Shown in pieces: positions 51,431-62,978 of a stretch of DNA of 64,000 bases (its first letter is position 1; each line of letters opens with the position of its first letter). The DNA is taken from positions 806,001 to 870,000 of the forward strand of contig MU053472.1 of assembly GCA_013239625.1 (NCBI GenBank), given 5' to 3'. A program made the translations under genes and the position numbers. A model generated the notes under the pieces. That model was not told the DNA's origin. It searched no databases and saw only the letters and a program-made list of their open reading frames with translations. This DNA comes from Lama guanicoe (Eukaryota).

Positions 51431-53395
51431 CAACACAGCGGCCTCTCCCCAGACAAAGAAGGGACTGGCCTTGCTGACTGCCATCGTGCAGAAACCCTGG
51501 TACCCCAGCCCTCTGAACTGTCATCTCTCCTTTCTTGGAGCCAGTCTTTCCAAGAAACCCATTGCATCCTCCCCCGACCCCCTGCCCCTTGTCTCTGCCC
51601 CCACAGCCTGGGTACTTCCATTCCTCCCGGGCTTGTCCCCTCCCCCAAAGAAAGAAAAAATGGAGAGAAAAATAGATCTTTAAAGATACATGTATCCATC
51701 ACTATTATTTACATTCTAATGTGCGTCAGTGGCTTAGCTCCAGTGGGGGAAAATGTAAATCAGGTGGACATGGCTCCCGAAAGCCCTAAAGAGCTTGGCT
51801 CCCCCAAATTAGAATAGAAAATGCTCTTTTAAAATGCACCTTTAATATGTAAAAGCCTGCCGACCTGGGCTCTAAATAAACCAAACTTGAACCAGATGCC
51901 AAATAGAGTAGATGAAGGACAGGTGCGCAGAGGGTCCTGGGCTGGGGAATGAGGTCTAAACAGCTATTTATATTAATGCAAAGAAAGTTCAGCATTCTTC
52001 CCCTTGATATATGCTGCAGTGGGAGGTGGTTTTTGTCCCACCAGCGAGAATAAAACGCACAGCTCCTGATGGGCAGGGTCACATGTGCGAGATAAAAAGC
52101 TCCGGGTATAATATATGTCCCCGCCGAGTATTCTCGGCAGACTTCGAGTTAGATACGTGGATGACAACAAGAAAACACTTACTCAAGGTTAGACTCTGCT
52201 TGCCAGGCTCCCAATCACAGCTCCCCCTCCTGAGGGAATGTGGCTGCCTCAAAATGGGCCCAGCAGAGCCCCCACCCATGCTGGGCTCCTGGGGCACCCA
52301 GCCTGCCTGGGTGTTCAGCCAGCAGGTGGGCCCTGCCTGGGTCAGGGAATGCCGGTGGCACGTGCCCACTGGGGGGGCCAGGAATGTGTGCCCTTCCCAC
52401 TGGGGACACCCTCTGCAGACTCTTGTCCGTAGACTCCCTGCAGACAAGCACACAGCTGCCTGGGCAGTTTGAAAGCAGGCATATGTGACTGGGGGAGAAG
52501 AGGGGCTTTCCAGGTGACTTCCATGAAGTCCTGGCCTCTGTGTGTATAAATCAGAATTCACTTATTCATTCATTAATTTCATGCAGGCAGTCATTCATTC
52601 ATGCAACAGAGTATTATTGAGAAACTGCAGGACTATAAGGGGAGGCAGTAGAATGGAGAGGTTCTGGAGGATAAGAAATGAAGATGATAACAATGCTTGT
52701 GCAAGGAGCTCAGCTAGGTGCAGGGTGTAGCCCCGTGCCGGGCAGTGGTAGGTAATCAATCAGCGCTGGCCTGGTGGTATGGGTGTTGGCGGCAATGTGT
52801 GGGAGTGAGAGAGGAGGCCAGATGACGACTGAGGTGCTGGGCATGCTATGGGGACCTTACAGTCCAGGGAGGACTGAGAACACAGACCGATAAGCAAGTA
52901 AGTACAAGTTCACGAGAGACATCTACGATAGTTGTGCAGAGTCCCATGGGGGTACAGATGAGTACGGACCAGGGAAGCCTTCCAAAAACAGTTAAGACTT
53001 GACCCGGGACTTTAAAAATCAGTAGAATCTCCTTGGGAGGAGATGTGAGTGGAAAAGCATTGTAAGCAAAGGGAACAGCAGGTATAGAGAGATGACAGAG
53101 CTTGACACGCTGAGGGAATGAGAACTTCAGTGTCTCTGGGCCTGAGATGTGAAGTAGGGTTGGGAGCAGCAGGAAATATGGTTGGAGGGTAGGCAGGGGT
53201 CAGCCCATTGAGGCTGTTAAATAAGTTAAATGTTTATTCTGTTGAGCATGGGAACCTTATATATTAAGAACTACTTTCCCTGACTGCAGCAGGCTATGTA
53301 TTTGACCCAAAGGCAACTAGTCCCCCACAACGTCTCAGTTAAGGGCCTGGCCTGGGCAGAATGATCAGCTGGATCAGCCAGGGGCTCTTTCTTGG

Positions 53396-53831
53396 TGGAT
53401 TAGTCAGGACATGCTAAGCTACACTGCGGTAACAAATATCACCCAAATCTCAGTGGCTTAACACAACAAAGATCTACTTTTTGCTCATGCACATTCTTTG
53501 CTGAGCCTGGGCAACCCTCCAGGGCAGCTGCCACCACGTGTGGTTGAGCATTTCAGGCTGGTTCGAGCATTTCAGGCTAGTTCCACCACGTCACCTCCAA
53601 AACAGCAAGTGCTTCCGTGGGGGCCGGGGAAGAAGGCACGCAGAACTGAAGACTGAATCTTAAACACTTCCACGCGGAAGTGACGCAGACCCCTTCTGCT
53701 CGCGTTTCAATGGCCCGTGTAAATTACACAGCCTTGCCTCAGCTCAGCGGGGCCAGGAATGCAGCCTTCCTCTGTGCCCGGAAGACAAGCAGAACCCAAA
53801 ATACCATTGAGCACTCATGATGTCTATCGCA
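53396..53831 (-). mobile_element. Complete MLT1K/L-like solo LTR with 5-bp TSD
   Basis: TG...CA termini (tggattagtcaggacatgctaagctacactgcggtaacaaa...gtctatcgca), flanked by CTTGG at 53391-53395 and 53832-53836. Confidence 0.85.
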
Positions 53832-54869
53832 CTTGGGAACTACAGAGAGAAAGAGCTAGTTCTCAGTGAGAGGAGAGGCTGAGAAGAGACTGAGAGGCAG
53901 AAGGGGCACTGAGCCAATGGTGGCCGTGAATAAGGGATGGTTATGTGATTGGCTGCTGAGCAAGCAGGTCTTTTTGTTCCTGGCTTCTGGCTTGGCCTGG
54001 GCCTCAGCTGCTTTTTTGTAAAATTCCTCCCAGTTCTAAACCTTGGGGATTCTAAGATATCACAGAGGCCCTGTGATTTCCAGGAGTGAAGGGAGATGCC
54101 GACAGTACAGAGGATGGGGAAGGGAATCTAGCCAGAAGTTAGTCCTCCTCTACCCAGAATTTCAGCAAACCCTGGGGGAGGCTTGGGTTGAGCCAAGGGG
54201 CCTAGGGAGTTGCCATTGCAGGGTCCACATCAAGACCTTCCTTGATTCATAACTTAGAAACCTGGTTGACAGAAAATGACGGCTTCGGCGGAGGAGGTAG
54301 GGGCAGAGCTGGGTTCAGAAGAGCTGGGTTCAAAGATCTAGTTCCCCTAAATCCTGGAGCTGGTGGCCCTAGTTTTGGAAAGGCAACAATCTGGGGGGCA
54401 GGGGATTCTGGGTGGTGCAGGGCTGGGGAGCAGGGTTCTCCAACTCCCTCAGGTCCCAGGGGGCCCCGGCAGACAAGTGAAAGGCCAATGGAAACCTCTT
54501 TCAGGGGCATTTGCCAGCCAGCCAGACACCACAGCCCTCGTCTTTGCCTCCCACTTTCCCTTCCCTGAGAGGAGGAAGGGTGGTGGGTGTCGGGTCATAA
54601 CCCCTGCCCCTCATTCCCTCAGACACCTCCGGATGGTTTCAGTGTTTGGCTCCCAAGGAGTGTAACTGATGCCACAAATCATAGAGGTGGCAGGTCAGGC
54701 TAGATGGCCTCTGAGGTCCTTTACAACATGGATGGGACTCAGGGGCCAGGAGCCGGGTCCTGCGGGAGGGCGAGGGAGGGGAAGCAGCCCTGGGTACCCA
54801 GCGCTTCTGAGGGATCACGGGAAGGGCAAGGAGGCGCCTGGTGCTGCGGTGGGGGCTGGGAGGGGAGTC

Positions 54870-55082
54870 AGTAAGAAGAGACAGACAAGGAAGCGAGAGA
54901 AGAAAGCAACGAAGGTGGAGGAGGAGGAAGGAGAGAAGGAAAGAGGAGGAGGCGGAGGGAAAGAGGTCAAAAGGAAAAGATGAAATAGAAGGAAAAGTGA
55001 GGAGGGAGGGAGGAGAAATAAAGGGGAAGTGAAGACAAAGAAAAGAAAGGAAGTAGGGGAGAAAGAGGAAGAAAGAAAGAGT
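54870..55082. repeat. Polypurine (GA-rich) low-complexity tract
   Basis: Near-continuous G/A on the + strand. Confidence 0.85.
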
Positions 55083-55219
55083 TGGAGCCCTGCAGCAGGC
55101 CTGGGCCCTGGGAGCCACGTTGTTTGGGGCACCCCGGCTGCCTGGAGGGGAGCCCCGGCAGGTCGGCCCTCCCGCAATAAAGGAGAACACAGTAGGCCGC
55201 TCCGAAGATCTATTGGGCC

Positions 55220-55640
55220 CCGCAGTGCCATTGTCTTCAGAAGGAATTAAAAACAAATTGCTGAGGGCCAGCACATAATTTAAAGACTCGCGGCAATTTT
55301 ATGACTTGCTAATGTTCCTAATTACATGCCCGTGAAAGGCTTAATTAATTGGGGGATGTAGCAAAAAGTGGGGCCTGTGTTTGTTATCATGGTTCCACTG
55401 CATTGATTTTAGTGCCTATGGAGAATTTAGGGCCTCTTTATTTGCACAAAGAAAATGCAAGTCTCTCGAAAAAATGCACATTAAGATCAACCCCTCGCTG
55501 CTATCTAATATACTTTCCTCTACTTAACCAAAGCGCTTGTAATCATATTTTGTAAATGTTGGTGCTGTTAATTGCATTGTGAGGGAAAATAGGTTCCACT
55601 TGGCTGGTTGTGGAGAATTTTATAAAGTTCGTTGCCTGCA
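55220..55640. promoter_or_regulatory. Enhancer-like unique AT-rich block with homeodomain motifs
   Basis: TTTTATGAC 55297-55305, TAATTA 55319-55324, TTAATTAA 55341-55348, TAATTG+CATTGT 55569-55580; no TE signature. Confidence 0.45.
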
Positions 55641-56689
55641 CCCCATTCCGGGGCACTCTTCCTGGGGAACTTGGGGAGAAGTTGGGATGCCCAGCCTGGG
55701 AAGTTGGCGTGGCCGCCTTGAGTTTCTTTGATCCTGACCGCAGCTTGGCTGTCACTACCTCCGTCTGCTGCCGGGGGCCCTGATAGGGAGTAGAGGACAG
55801 CTGGGCTGGGGTGGGACCAGGAGTGAGGGCAGTGGGCGCAAAGAAGGCCACCCATGCACGTTCCTCTCATGAGCATCGGAACAGAAGACTGACTTCTGGT
55901 GTGGGCCCAGCACACCTTCCCAGTGAGGCCTTGGATAGGCACTTAGCTTCACTGAGCCTCCGTTTCTTCATCTGTGAAATGGGGTAATGATCCCAGTCCT
56001 GTTGGCATCATTAAGCAAGAGAATGGAAGTGAAAGAGGCCCAGATCTAAGACTTGTGCTTATTGTCATTAGCCGCTGTCTCTTCTCTTCCCTCCTCAGGG
56101 GATGGCAGGGAAGTTCTCCTTCCAGCTGAGGGCTGTCCGTGGGAGAGGTACAACCACCTCACTCCCTGTCTTTTAGAGGCAGAGGTGCAGAAAGGTTAGC
56201 AGGAGATGCAGTAGGTCCTGGGAGACAGAGGGGAGGAGCAGCTCTTGTCACCTCCTCCAAGAAATTATTCCTTACGTTGTCGGTCCCTGAGAACAGACAC
56301 TCATTCTTTCTCTGTGCTCCCAGAAACTTTCCCAGGGTTGTCATTGTCTGTTTATTGCAAAGTCCTGGAGGACAGAGACTGGGCCTCCCAGCTCTCCATC
56401 CCCAGCAGGTAGAATGATCATGGTTATTCCTGGCACAGAGGAGACACTCAATAGCATTTACTGAACGAGGGACTCAGTGGATTAAGTCACTACTTTGGGC
56501 CGTGGGGCTTGGTGAGAGTGGGTCGTCCAGGCTCAGCTCATTTCTGCATCTGTGGCTGGGTTCACTGGTCAACAGCTTCTCCCCATCTGTCCCCCCATCT
56601 CACACACTTACTCCCCATATAGCCCTCTGGGACCCCTCTCTTGGGTGAAGAGAGTCTTCTAGAGATGCTTCGAGTTGGAATCTTAGGCT

Positions 56690-57110
56690 CTATCATGGAT
56701 GCTGTCACCCACTTTCTCCACGTGATGAACCAAAGTGATCTTTTAAAAATGCAAACCAAATCATGTCATGTTTCTGCTTCATGCATGCCCTGAGACTTCC
56801 CATTGCATTTGGGAAGCTGACTTCTCACCAGGACCTGCAGAGCCGATGGTCACGATCTGATCCTGCTACTTCCTCTCACTTCATTCTGAATCACAGTCCC
56901 TCAATGTCATCCCAGACAGCACACTGCCTTTTTCTGCTCCTCAACTAGCCTAGGGCAGTCCTGCCTCAGGGCCTTTGCACTTGCTGTTTCCTCTGCCTGG
57001 GATGATTTTCTCCGTCACCCTCTTTCTGAGGCTGGCTCCATTTCTTCAGCCAAGTCTCATCTCAGAAGATCTTTCCTGACCACCTGTCCAATGTTGCCTT
57101 CTGTCATTAC
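56690..57110 (+). mobile_element. L2 LINE fragment (resumes ~57920-58085)
   Basis: aaagtgatcttttaaaaatgcaaaccaaatcatgtca...tcctgcctcagggcctttgcacttgctgtttcctctgcctggga. Confidence 0.85.
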
Positions 57111-57134
57111 ACTTAATTCCCTTTAATAATTTCT

Positions 57135-57910
57135 TTCAACAAGTTAAATATACACATTCTGGGGTTCTCTGAGAATTCTATGAGATGAAATTCACAAAAC
57201 TAAACCTGCTGCTCATTGTGTTGACAAACTCTCACTTGTGGTTGCTTATTTCCTTGTGAGATGTGTAGTCTGGAATGAGGGCTCCTGCTCGAAGAGAATC
57301 CTGAGAGTCTGGGGTTGGAGGTCTGTCCTTCTAGAGACAATTTGTCTTTGCCTCTTCCCTAAGGTTAATACCAGCGTAGGTCCATTTCAGTTCACTTATT
57401 GCCTTGGGTTTCCCTGCTCTACACACAGGGTGGAGAGTGGAGCCCCACCCATCCGAAGGCAGGCCTGTGGTTATGGAATTCTCAAGAGAGGCATTTTCCT
57501 TTTTGCTCAGAGTGAAGACAGGAGGAGTCAAGATCCTCTGTCGATTTCCTTTACATAGACAGATGCCCCCACCACGACCTCCCAGTTCGTTTTACTGAGA
57601 GCGTAGCTTTTCAAGGGTCTCGGCTTTAGGGGTGTGTGTGGGAGATGAGGGTCTCACTCACATCCTCCCACCTTGTCTCCTGACCCTCTCAAGGCCTTTA
57701 AAACTCAAAGTTGCCCAAACCAGCAGTAGAAGCTTCAGGTTTCCGGGTTCTTCTTTGGTATTGACTCTTGATGTTTTCCTTCGTTGTTGGTCACATCAGC
57801 TCTCCCTGTAATGGAATGTTTATTTTACACCACATTTCCAGGCATTTTGCATTAGAAGGTTTGGGACCGGGTGTCCAGTTCATCATATTGTACGGAGTGG
57901 AAGTCCCTTG
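57135..57910 (-). mobile_element. Ancient element, possibly an L1M/HAL1 5' region, splitting an L2
   Basis: Right end cagttcatcatattgtacggagtggaagtcc resembles the reverse of an L1-type 5' start (gacttcc...aagatggc); L2 continues on both sides. Confidence 0.35.
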
Positions 57911-58599
57911 GGGACTCTCAGGCATGTGCCCCACTGTTACTGTCTTCACAGCACTCGGTGTTACTTGAAATGATGACAGTCACCTGTTCACTCATTTACT
58001 GCCTGCCTTCTCCAACTAGCACATGAGCCTGCCCGCCCTGCTCGCTGCTGTCCTCAGCACCCGGAACAGCGCCTGGCTCCTGCGAGGAGTATGTGATGTT
58101 AGAGAGCCTGGGTTCACAGTCCAGCTTAGCAACCTGTGATAGTCACCCAGTTTTCTCATTTATACAATGAGGGCAGTAATTATTACCTAAGGGAGTTTGT
58201 GAAGATGAGACGAGATGATATTTGTCAAGCACTTTCTGGGATCACTGCCGGGCACATTGTAAATGGTTGTTCCTGAGACTGATGGCTTCTGGGTCCCATG
58301 TTGCCCCGTCCCACCCACCTCCTGGGAAGCCAGCCTCTGGCCTTCCCTTCTCCACACAGCAGCTCTTTGGCCCTTTTTGACTTCACAAACACAAGGGATG
58401 AAACTCCTTGCCTCCACCCATGGCAGGCCCACTTGGCCCTGTGTCACTCAGAGTCTCTCCTCCCTGCCTGATAGGACGTGAGACTAGGGGATGAGAGAAA
58501 GGTGTTCTTCCGTGCAGACAGGTGTGGGCAGGCACCCGGGGGAAGAGGGACTTGAGTGGGAGCCGGGGGAGGGGGGAGATACAGAGGATGCTGCTGCAG

Positions 58600-58875
58600 A
58601 TTGCTTAGCCACATCCTGGCTCTGCCGCTTACACTGCTGATCTTAGGTGAGATATTTAACCACTCTCTGCCTCAGTTTCCCCACCTGTAACATGGGATAA
58701 TAGTGCCTACTCCATAGAGCTGTGGTGAGGATAAATAAGTTAATAACTATGAAGTGCTCAGAAGTGAGTCTGAGATTTACATGTTCATTTTTATTATGCC
58801 CATTTTGTGGGCTGTTGAGTTTCCAGAATCTTGCATGGGCCTGGAACATAGTAAGCACTCAATAAATGCTTTGGG
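58600..58875 (+). mobile_element. MIR SINE with MIR/L2-type 3' tail
   Basis: atttaaccactctctgcctcagtttccccacctgtaacatgggataatagtgcctactccatagagctgtggtgagga...acatagtaagcactcaataaatg. Confidence 0.85.
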
Positions 58876-59589
58876 GATGGATAGGTGGATGGATAGACAG
58901 ATAAATGGATGGATGGACAGACTAGCCTGAGGGGAAGTGTGTGTGGTGGACACCTCAGATGTGCCCTGTTAATTTTGCTGACAATCCTAACAGAATGTAG
59001 ATAGAGCCTGCCACATCCTAGACTCTTATGCGGGGACTGAAGGGGTCTGAGAGTCAGGTGTGGGTACCACAATCCCCAGGAGCTTTCTCAAATGCCTGCT
59101 TCCCTTGTGTTATGGAGACAAGACTCCGGTCACCTCGGCTGGATGTGGACGGGGTGAGCATTGACTCTGATAGCTCTGCTTGGTTGCCTGCCCTGATCTC
59201 ATCCACTCATCTCACACGGCAGATGAGGAGACTGAGGCTGAGAGAGAGACAACGCTTGTGCAAGGTCATGCACAAGAAAGAGCTGGGACCTGAGCTCAAG
59301 TCTCCCGAGTCTTGGTGTCTATTGCTGGTCTGCTTGCCTGTATCCTCCGCCCTCCCCCCAGGCTGAAGCAGCTCAACTATTCGAAATTTGTTTGTTTGTT
59401 TTAGTAGAAAGAGGGTCTCTATGGAAAGGATGTGGGGAGGACTTGAGGAGCCCATGGGCAGGAATGCAGCTGACCTGGGAGGTCAGGGAACGGGGGTGCG
59501 GCGGGCTGGGACCACTCCCAAGAGGCATTAGAACCTTCTCTCCGTATCTGTCTCCTCTGAAATTATCCCACCCTTATTCTTATTTTCCA

Positions 59590-61055
59590 AAGTATCTTTT
59601 TTTATTATAAAATATTTCGTACACAGAGAAAACTATAAACAATAGTATAATGAACACTTGTGTATCTTCTATCCAGCTTTGTTAAATCTCAATGTTTCAC
59701 CATTTTTGCTTCAGATTTATACTTTTTAAAGAAACAAAACATCATAGATACAATGGAAACTCCCCATCTCTTCCTCCCAAGTCTCATCCTCCTCCCTCCC
59801 TCCCCAGAGGTAACCACCTTCCTGAATTCAGGGTTTATTTTTTCCAAGCAGGTCTTAACTATGGATTATAAGTACACAAGCACCATGCCGCATGGGTTTG
59901 CATGCTTCTAAACTTCACATAAACATTACGTATTACATCCTGTACGTAGACTTCTGCACCTTGAGTGTTTTGTTCAGCAGGTTTTGGGTTTATCCTTGTT
60001 GTGACACGTAGCTCTGTGTTTTATTCATTGAATGAAGGTATATGCCTCGATTTCGGCTTCATTTACTGCTAGGCTGTGATAAGCGCCCTTGTACAAATCT
60101 CCTTGTGGACACATGCAGGGTTTTCTCCAGGGCGTGTAGTTAGGATCGGAGCTGCTAGATGACAAGTTTAACAGCTTTCTATCTATTGCTGCATTATACA
60201 CCACCCCAAAACTTAGTGGCTTCAAACAACATCCCTTTTATTTGCTGTGGGTTAGCAATTCAAGCAGGGCACACTGGTGACCTGTCTCCTTTCTACAATG
60301 TCTGGGGTCTCAGCCTGGGCAGCCTGAACACGTGGGACAGTTCAACTGGGGCCATGTATGGGGGGCCTTGGTTCTAGCTGTCAGACGTGTCCCTCAGTTT
60401 TCTTCCACGTGGCCTCTCCCCGTGGCTAGCCTGGGCTTCCTCACCGCGTGGTGGTCTCCGGATTCCAAGCCACATTGTGTAAGTGCTTATTAAGCCTCTG
60501 CTTGCCTCACTCTTGCTAGTAACCCACTGGCCAAAGCAAGTCACATGGCCAGGCCTAAAGTTCAATGAGGGCGAGTGTGGATACTGGGATGTCTGGTTCA
60601 CTGGGGGCCACAGATAACAGCCTATTACCATAGAATTCAAAATCATCAACTTTATAAGCTATTGGCAACTGGCTCTCCAAAGAGGAAGTATCCATGTGTA
60701 ATCTCCCAACCCTTGTACAGTCCCCTGCCAGCGGTGTCTGGGGGTCCACACCAATTCATGGGTATTGCCCGACTTCTAATTTTGCTGATCTAATGGGTGT
60801 GAAATAATGCCACAGTATTGCTTTAATTGCATTGTCCTGATTACAGTGGGGTTGCTTATTCTTCCCCCGAACTGACATGTAACGTCGTGTAAATTTAAGG
60901 TGTACGGCGTGTTTTGAGGGCTGATTATTCCTTCCTGGTAATTGACCGTTTATCGAGGTTTCCTCTGCTGTGAATTCCCTGTTCCCATCTTTTGTCCTTT
61001 TTTTCTATCAAGTTCTTTTTCTTTGTCATATTCATTTTTTAGTTGTTTGTATTTT
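59590..61055 (-). mobile_element. Ancient L1ME remnant interrupted by an MLT1 LTR
   Basis: tttttattataaaatatttc...ccccagaggtaaccaccttcctgaattc...tgctgatctaatgggtgtgaaataatgccacagtattgctttaattgcatt. Confidence 0.75.
60170..60632 (-). mobile_element. MLT1 (MaLR) LTR, MLT1G/H-like
   Basis: tatctattgctgcattatacaccaccccaaaacttagtggcttcaaacaac...ccactggccaaagcaagtcacatggccaggcc...tattacca. Confidence 0.85.
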
Positions 61056-61072
61056 CTGGATCACCAATTCTT

Positions 61073-61209
61073 TTATTTTTTTTAAAATTTTTTTGGAGGG
61101 GGAGGTAATTAGGTTTATTTACTTTTTTTTTAAATGGAGGTACTGGGGATTGAACCCAGGACCTTGTGCATGCTAAGCGTGTGCTCTACCACTGAGCTAT
61201 ACCCTCCCC
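61073..61209 (-). mobile_element. Full-length Vic-1-type camelid SINE with perfect 17-bp TSD
   Basis: Reverse complement reads GGGGAGGGTATAGCTCAGTGGTAGAGCACACGCTTAGCATGCACAAGGTCCTGGGTTCAATCCCCAGTACCTCCA...AAACCTAATTACCTCCCCC...poly(A); TSD CTGGATCACCAATTCTT at 61056-61072 and 61210-61226. Confidence 0.92.
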
Positions 61210-61997
61210 CTGGATCACCAATTCTTAAATGTTTAGCCTGACTGTGGAGGGGATGTCTCCTTACTCTCAGCCCCCTGGAATAGAAGGCTGTTACTAAGCA
61301 CACTGGACCAGAAACTTAGGTGAGGAGTTTGGGATGCTACAGTTTCTCAGGGTGTGACTCTAAGTGGCTTCAGCATCCGTCCTGCCCTCCAGGTGCCTCT
61401 GCCAGAGCTGGGGTGCAGATGGGGGACCCTGCACTGCCCATCACTGTTCAGTTGTCATGTGGCCCATAGCCATTTGGCTTCCCCTTCCCTTCCCATCACT
61501 TCAGAAGGGCCTCCTCCTCCTCTAGCACACAAGGCCACCAGGATCCCCATGGGAAAACTGGACAACGGTCAGAGCAAGACAAGGTGAAAGAGACTGCAGC
61601 TCAGAGGCCTGGGAAATCTGTGTCCCGCTGAGCCTGCATGCCTCCTGTGCACACCCAGAACTGCCTGCCTCGTGTCTTTCCTTATGCTGTTCCCACTGTC
61701 CCCAGGGTCTACCTCACTGTCCCCTCCATGAAACTCTCCTTCAAGTGGCCCTCGGACCCCTATACTGATTGCAGTCCAGCCCTCTTCTGATACTCCATAG
61801 AACTGTCTTAGTACCATTCGTCACCTTTTAGAAACCCAAATTTGAGTTGAAGACAGAATAAGATTACTCAACAGACTTAGTGGTTTAGGGTACCCCTAAA
61901 GCAAAGCCCCAACCCCAAAGTTCTGCTTTAATGAACTTAATAGGAATTTTGCAAGCAGAAAATCTAGAAAGAAGTGATGCTACCTTAGCATATTACT

Positions 61998-62188
61998 CTG
62001 AGCCATCCAATTCGACAGCCAATAGCGGTGGCTCTTTCGATGTAAATGTAATTTAATTTAGATTAAATTAAAAGTTCATCTCCTCAGTCGCACTAACCAG
62101 ACTTCAAGTGCTCAACAGCCGTAAGTGGCTACTGGCCACCATACAGCCATTTCCATCACCGCAGAAACTTCTATTGGACAGTGTGGAC
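61998..62188. mobile_element. MER3-like hAT-Charlie DNA transposon fossil
   Basis: aaagttcatctcctcagtcgcactaaccagacttcaagtgctcaacagccgtaagtggctactggc...gcagaaacttctattggacagtg. Confidence 0.85.
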
Positions 62189-62691
62189 TTTTATCGGTTC
62201 TATGTTTCACAATTTAATGTTGTCTCTATTTTGAAACACGGGTGCTGGCCGAGAAACAAAATCTCATTATATAGGTTTCCAAAGACCTAAATATTGCTCT
62301 GGTCCTAAGCCACGAATTTGCTATGTGACTTTAAGAAAGTCAGCCTCTCTGGGCCTCAGCTTGCTCGTCTGTAAAAAGAAGGAGCTGATGGAGAAGGCCC
62401 TTCCATCTCTGACTCAGTCTGGTCCCACCACGGGAAACGGGAACTGCGGTTTCTGTCCTGGCAGGAAGAGGCAGGGGTGGGGGATGAGGGAGGAGGAGGA
62501 AGAGGAGATGGTTAATGGCTCCCAGATTCCTGCCTTTGATCAGGTAGTCTGGAGTGAGGTAAGGGGTGGTGGGAGGGTGAGAGGAAACAGAGGCCAGGTG
62601 AGTGGTCAAGTGAGAGGGGCAGCAGCCCAGCTAGAAAGAAGCGAACTGTCTTCTGCCCCGGGCCTCTCTCCACCCAAGAAAAAGCTAAGTC

Positions 62692-62978
62692 CCATATGGT
62701 TACCGGGGGGAAGGTGGGATAAAGGGATAAGTGGGAGTTTGGGCGTTGCAGATACTAACTACTGTACAGAAAATAGATCAACAACAAGGTCCTGCTGTAC
62801 AGCACAGCCAGTACCTTGTAATGGCCTATAATGAAAAAGAATACGAAAAGAAACATATATATGTATGTATAACTGAATCACTATGCTGGACACCAGAAAT
62901 TAACACAATATTGTAAACTGACTATACGTCAATAAAAATATTTACTAACCTCAAAAAGAAAAAGAATGGAAAAAAAAG
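62692..62978 (+). mobile_element. 5'-truncated artiodactyl-type L1 3' UTR
   Basis: atggttaccggggggaagg...gtatgtataactgaatcactatgctggacaccagaaattaacacaatattgtaaactgactatacgtcaataaa plus A-rich tail; degenerate TSD aagaaaaagctaagtc / aagacaaggttgagtc. Confidence 0.88.

Noticed and set aside
54639..55274. 211-aa Ser/Phe/Leu-rich ORF and overlapping Glu/Lys/Arg-rich ORFs
   Set aside because: Translations of the GA-rich low-complexity tract
61135..61209. tRNA-Ala(AGC)-like gene (also at ~3268-3342 and ~18868-18945)
   Set aside because: Followed by a SINE tail/poly(A), flanked by TSDs in two of three copies, and with disrupted stems; these are SINE heads, not tRNA genes
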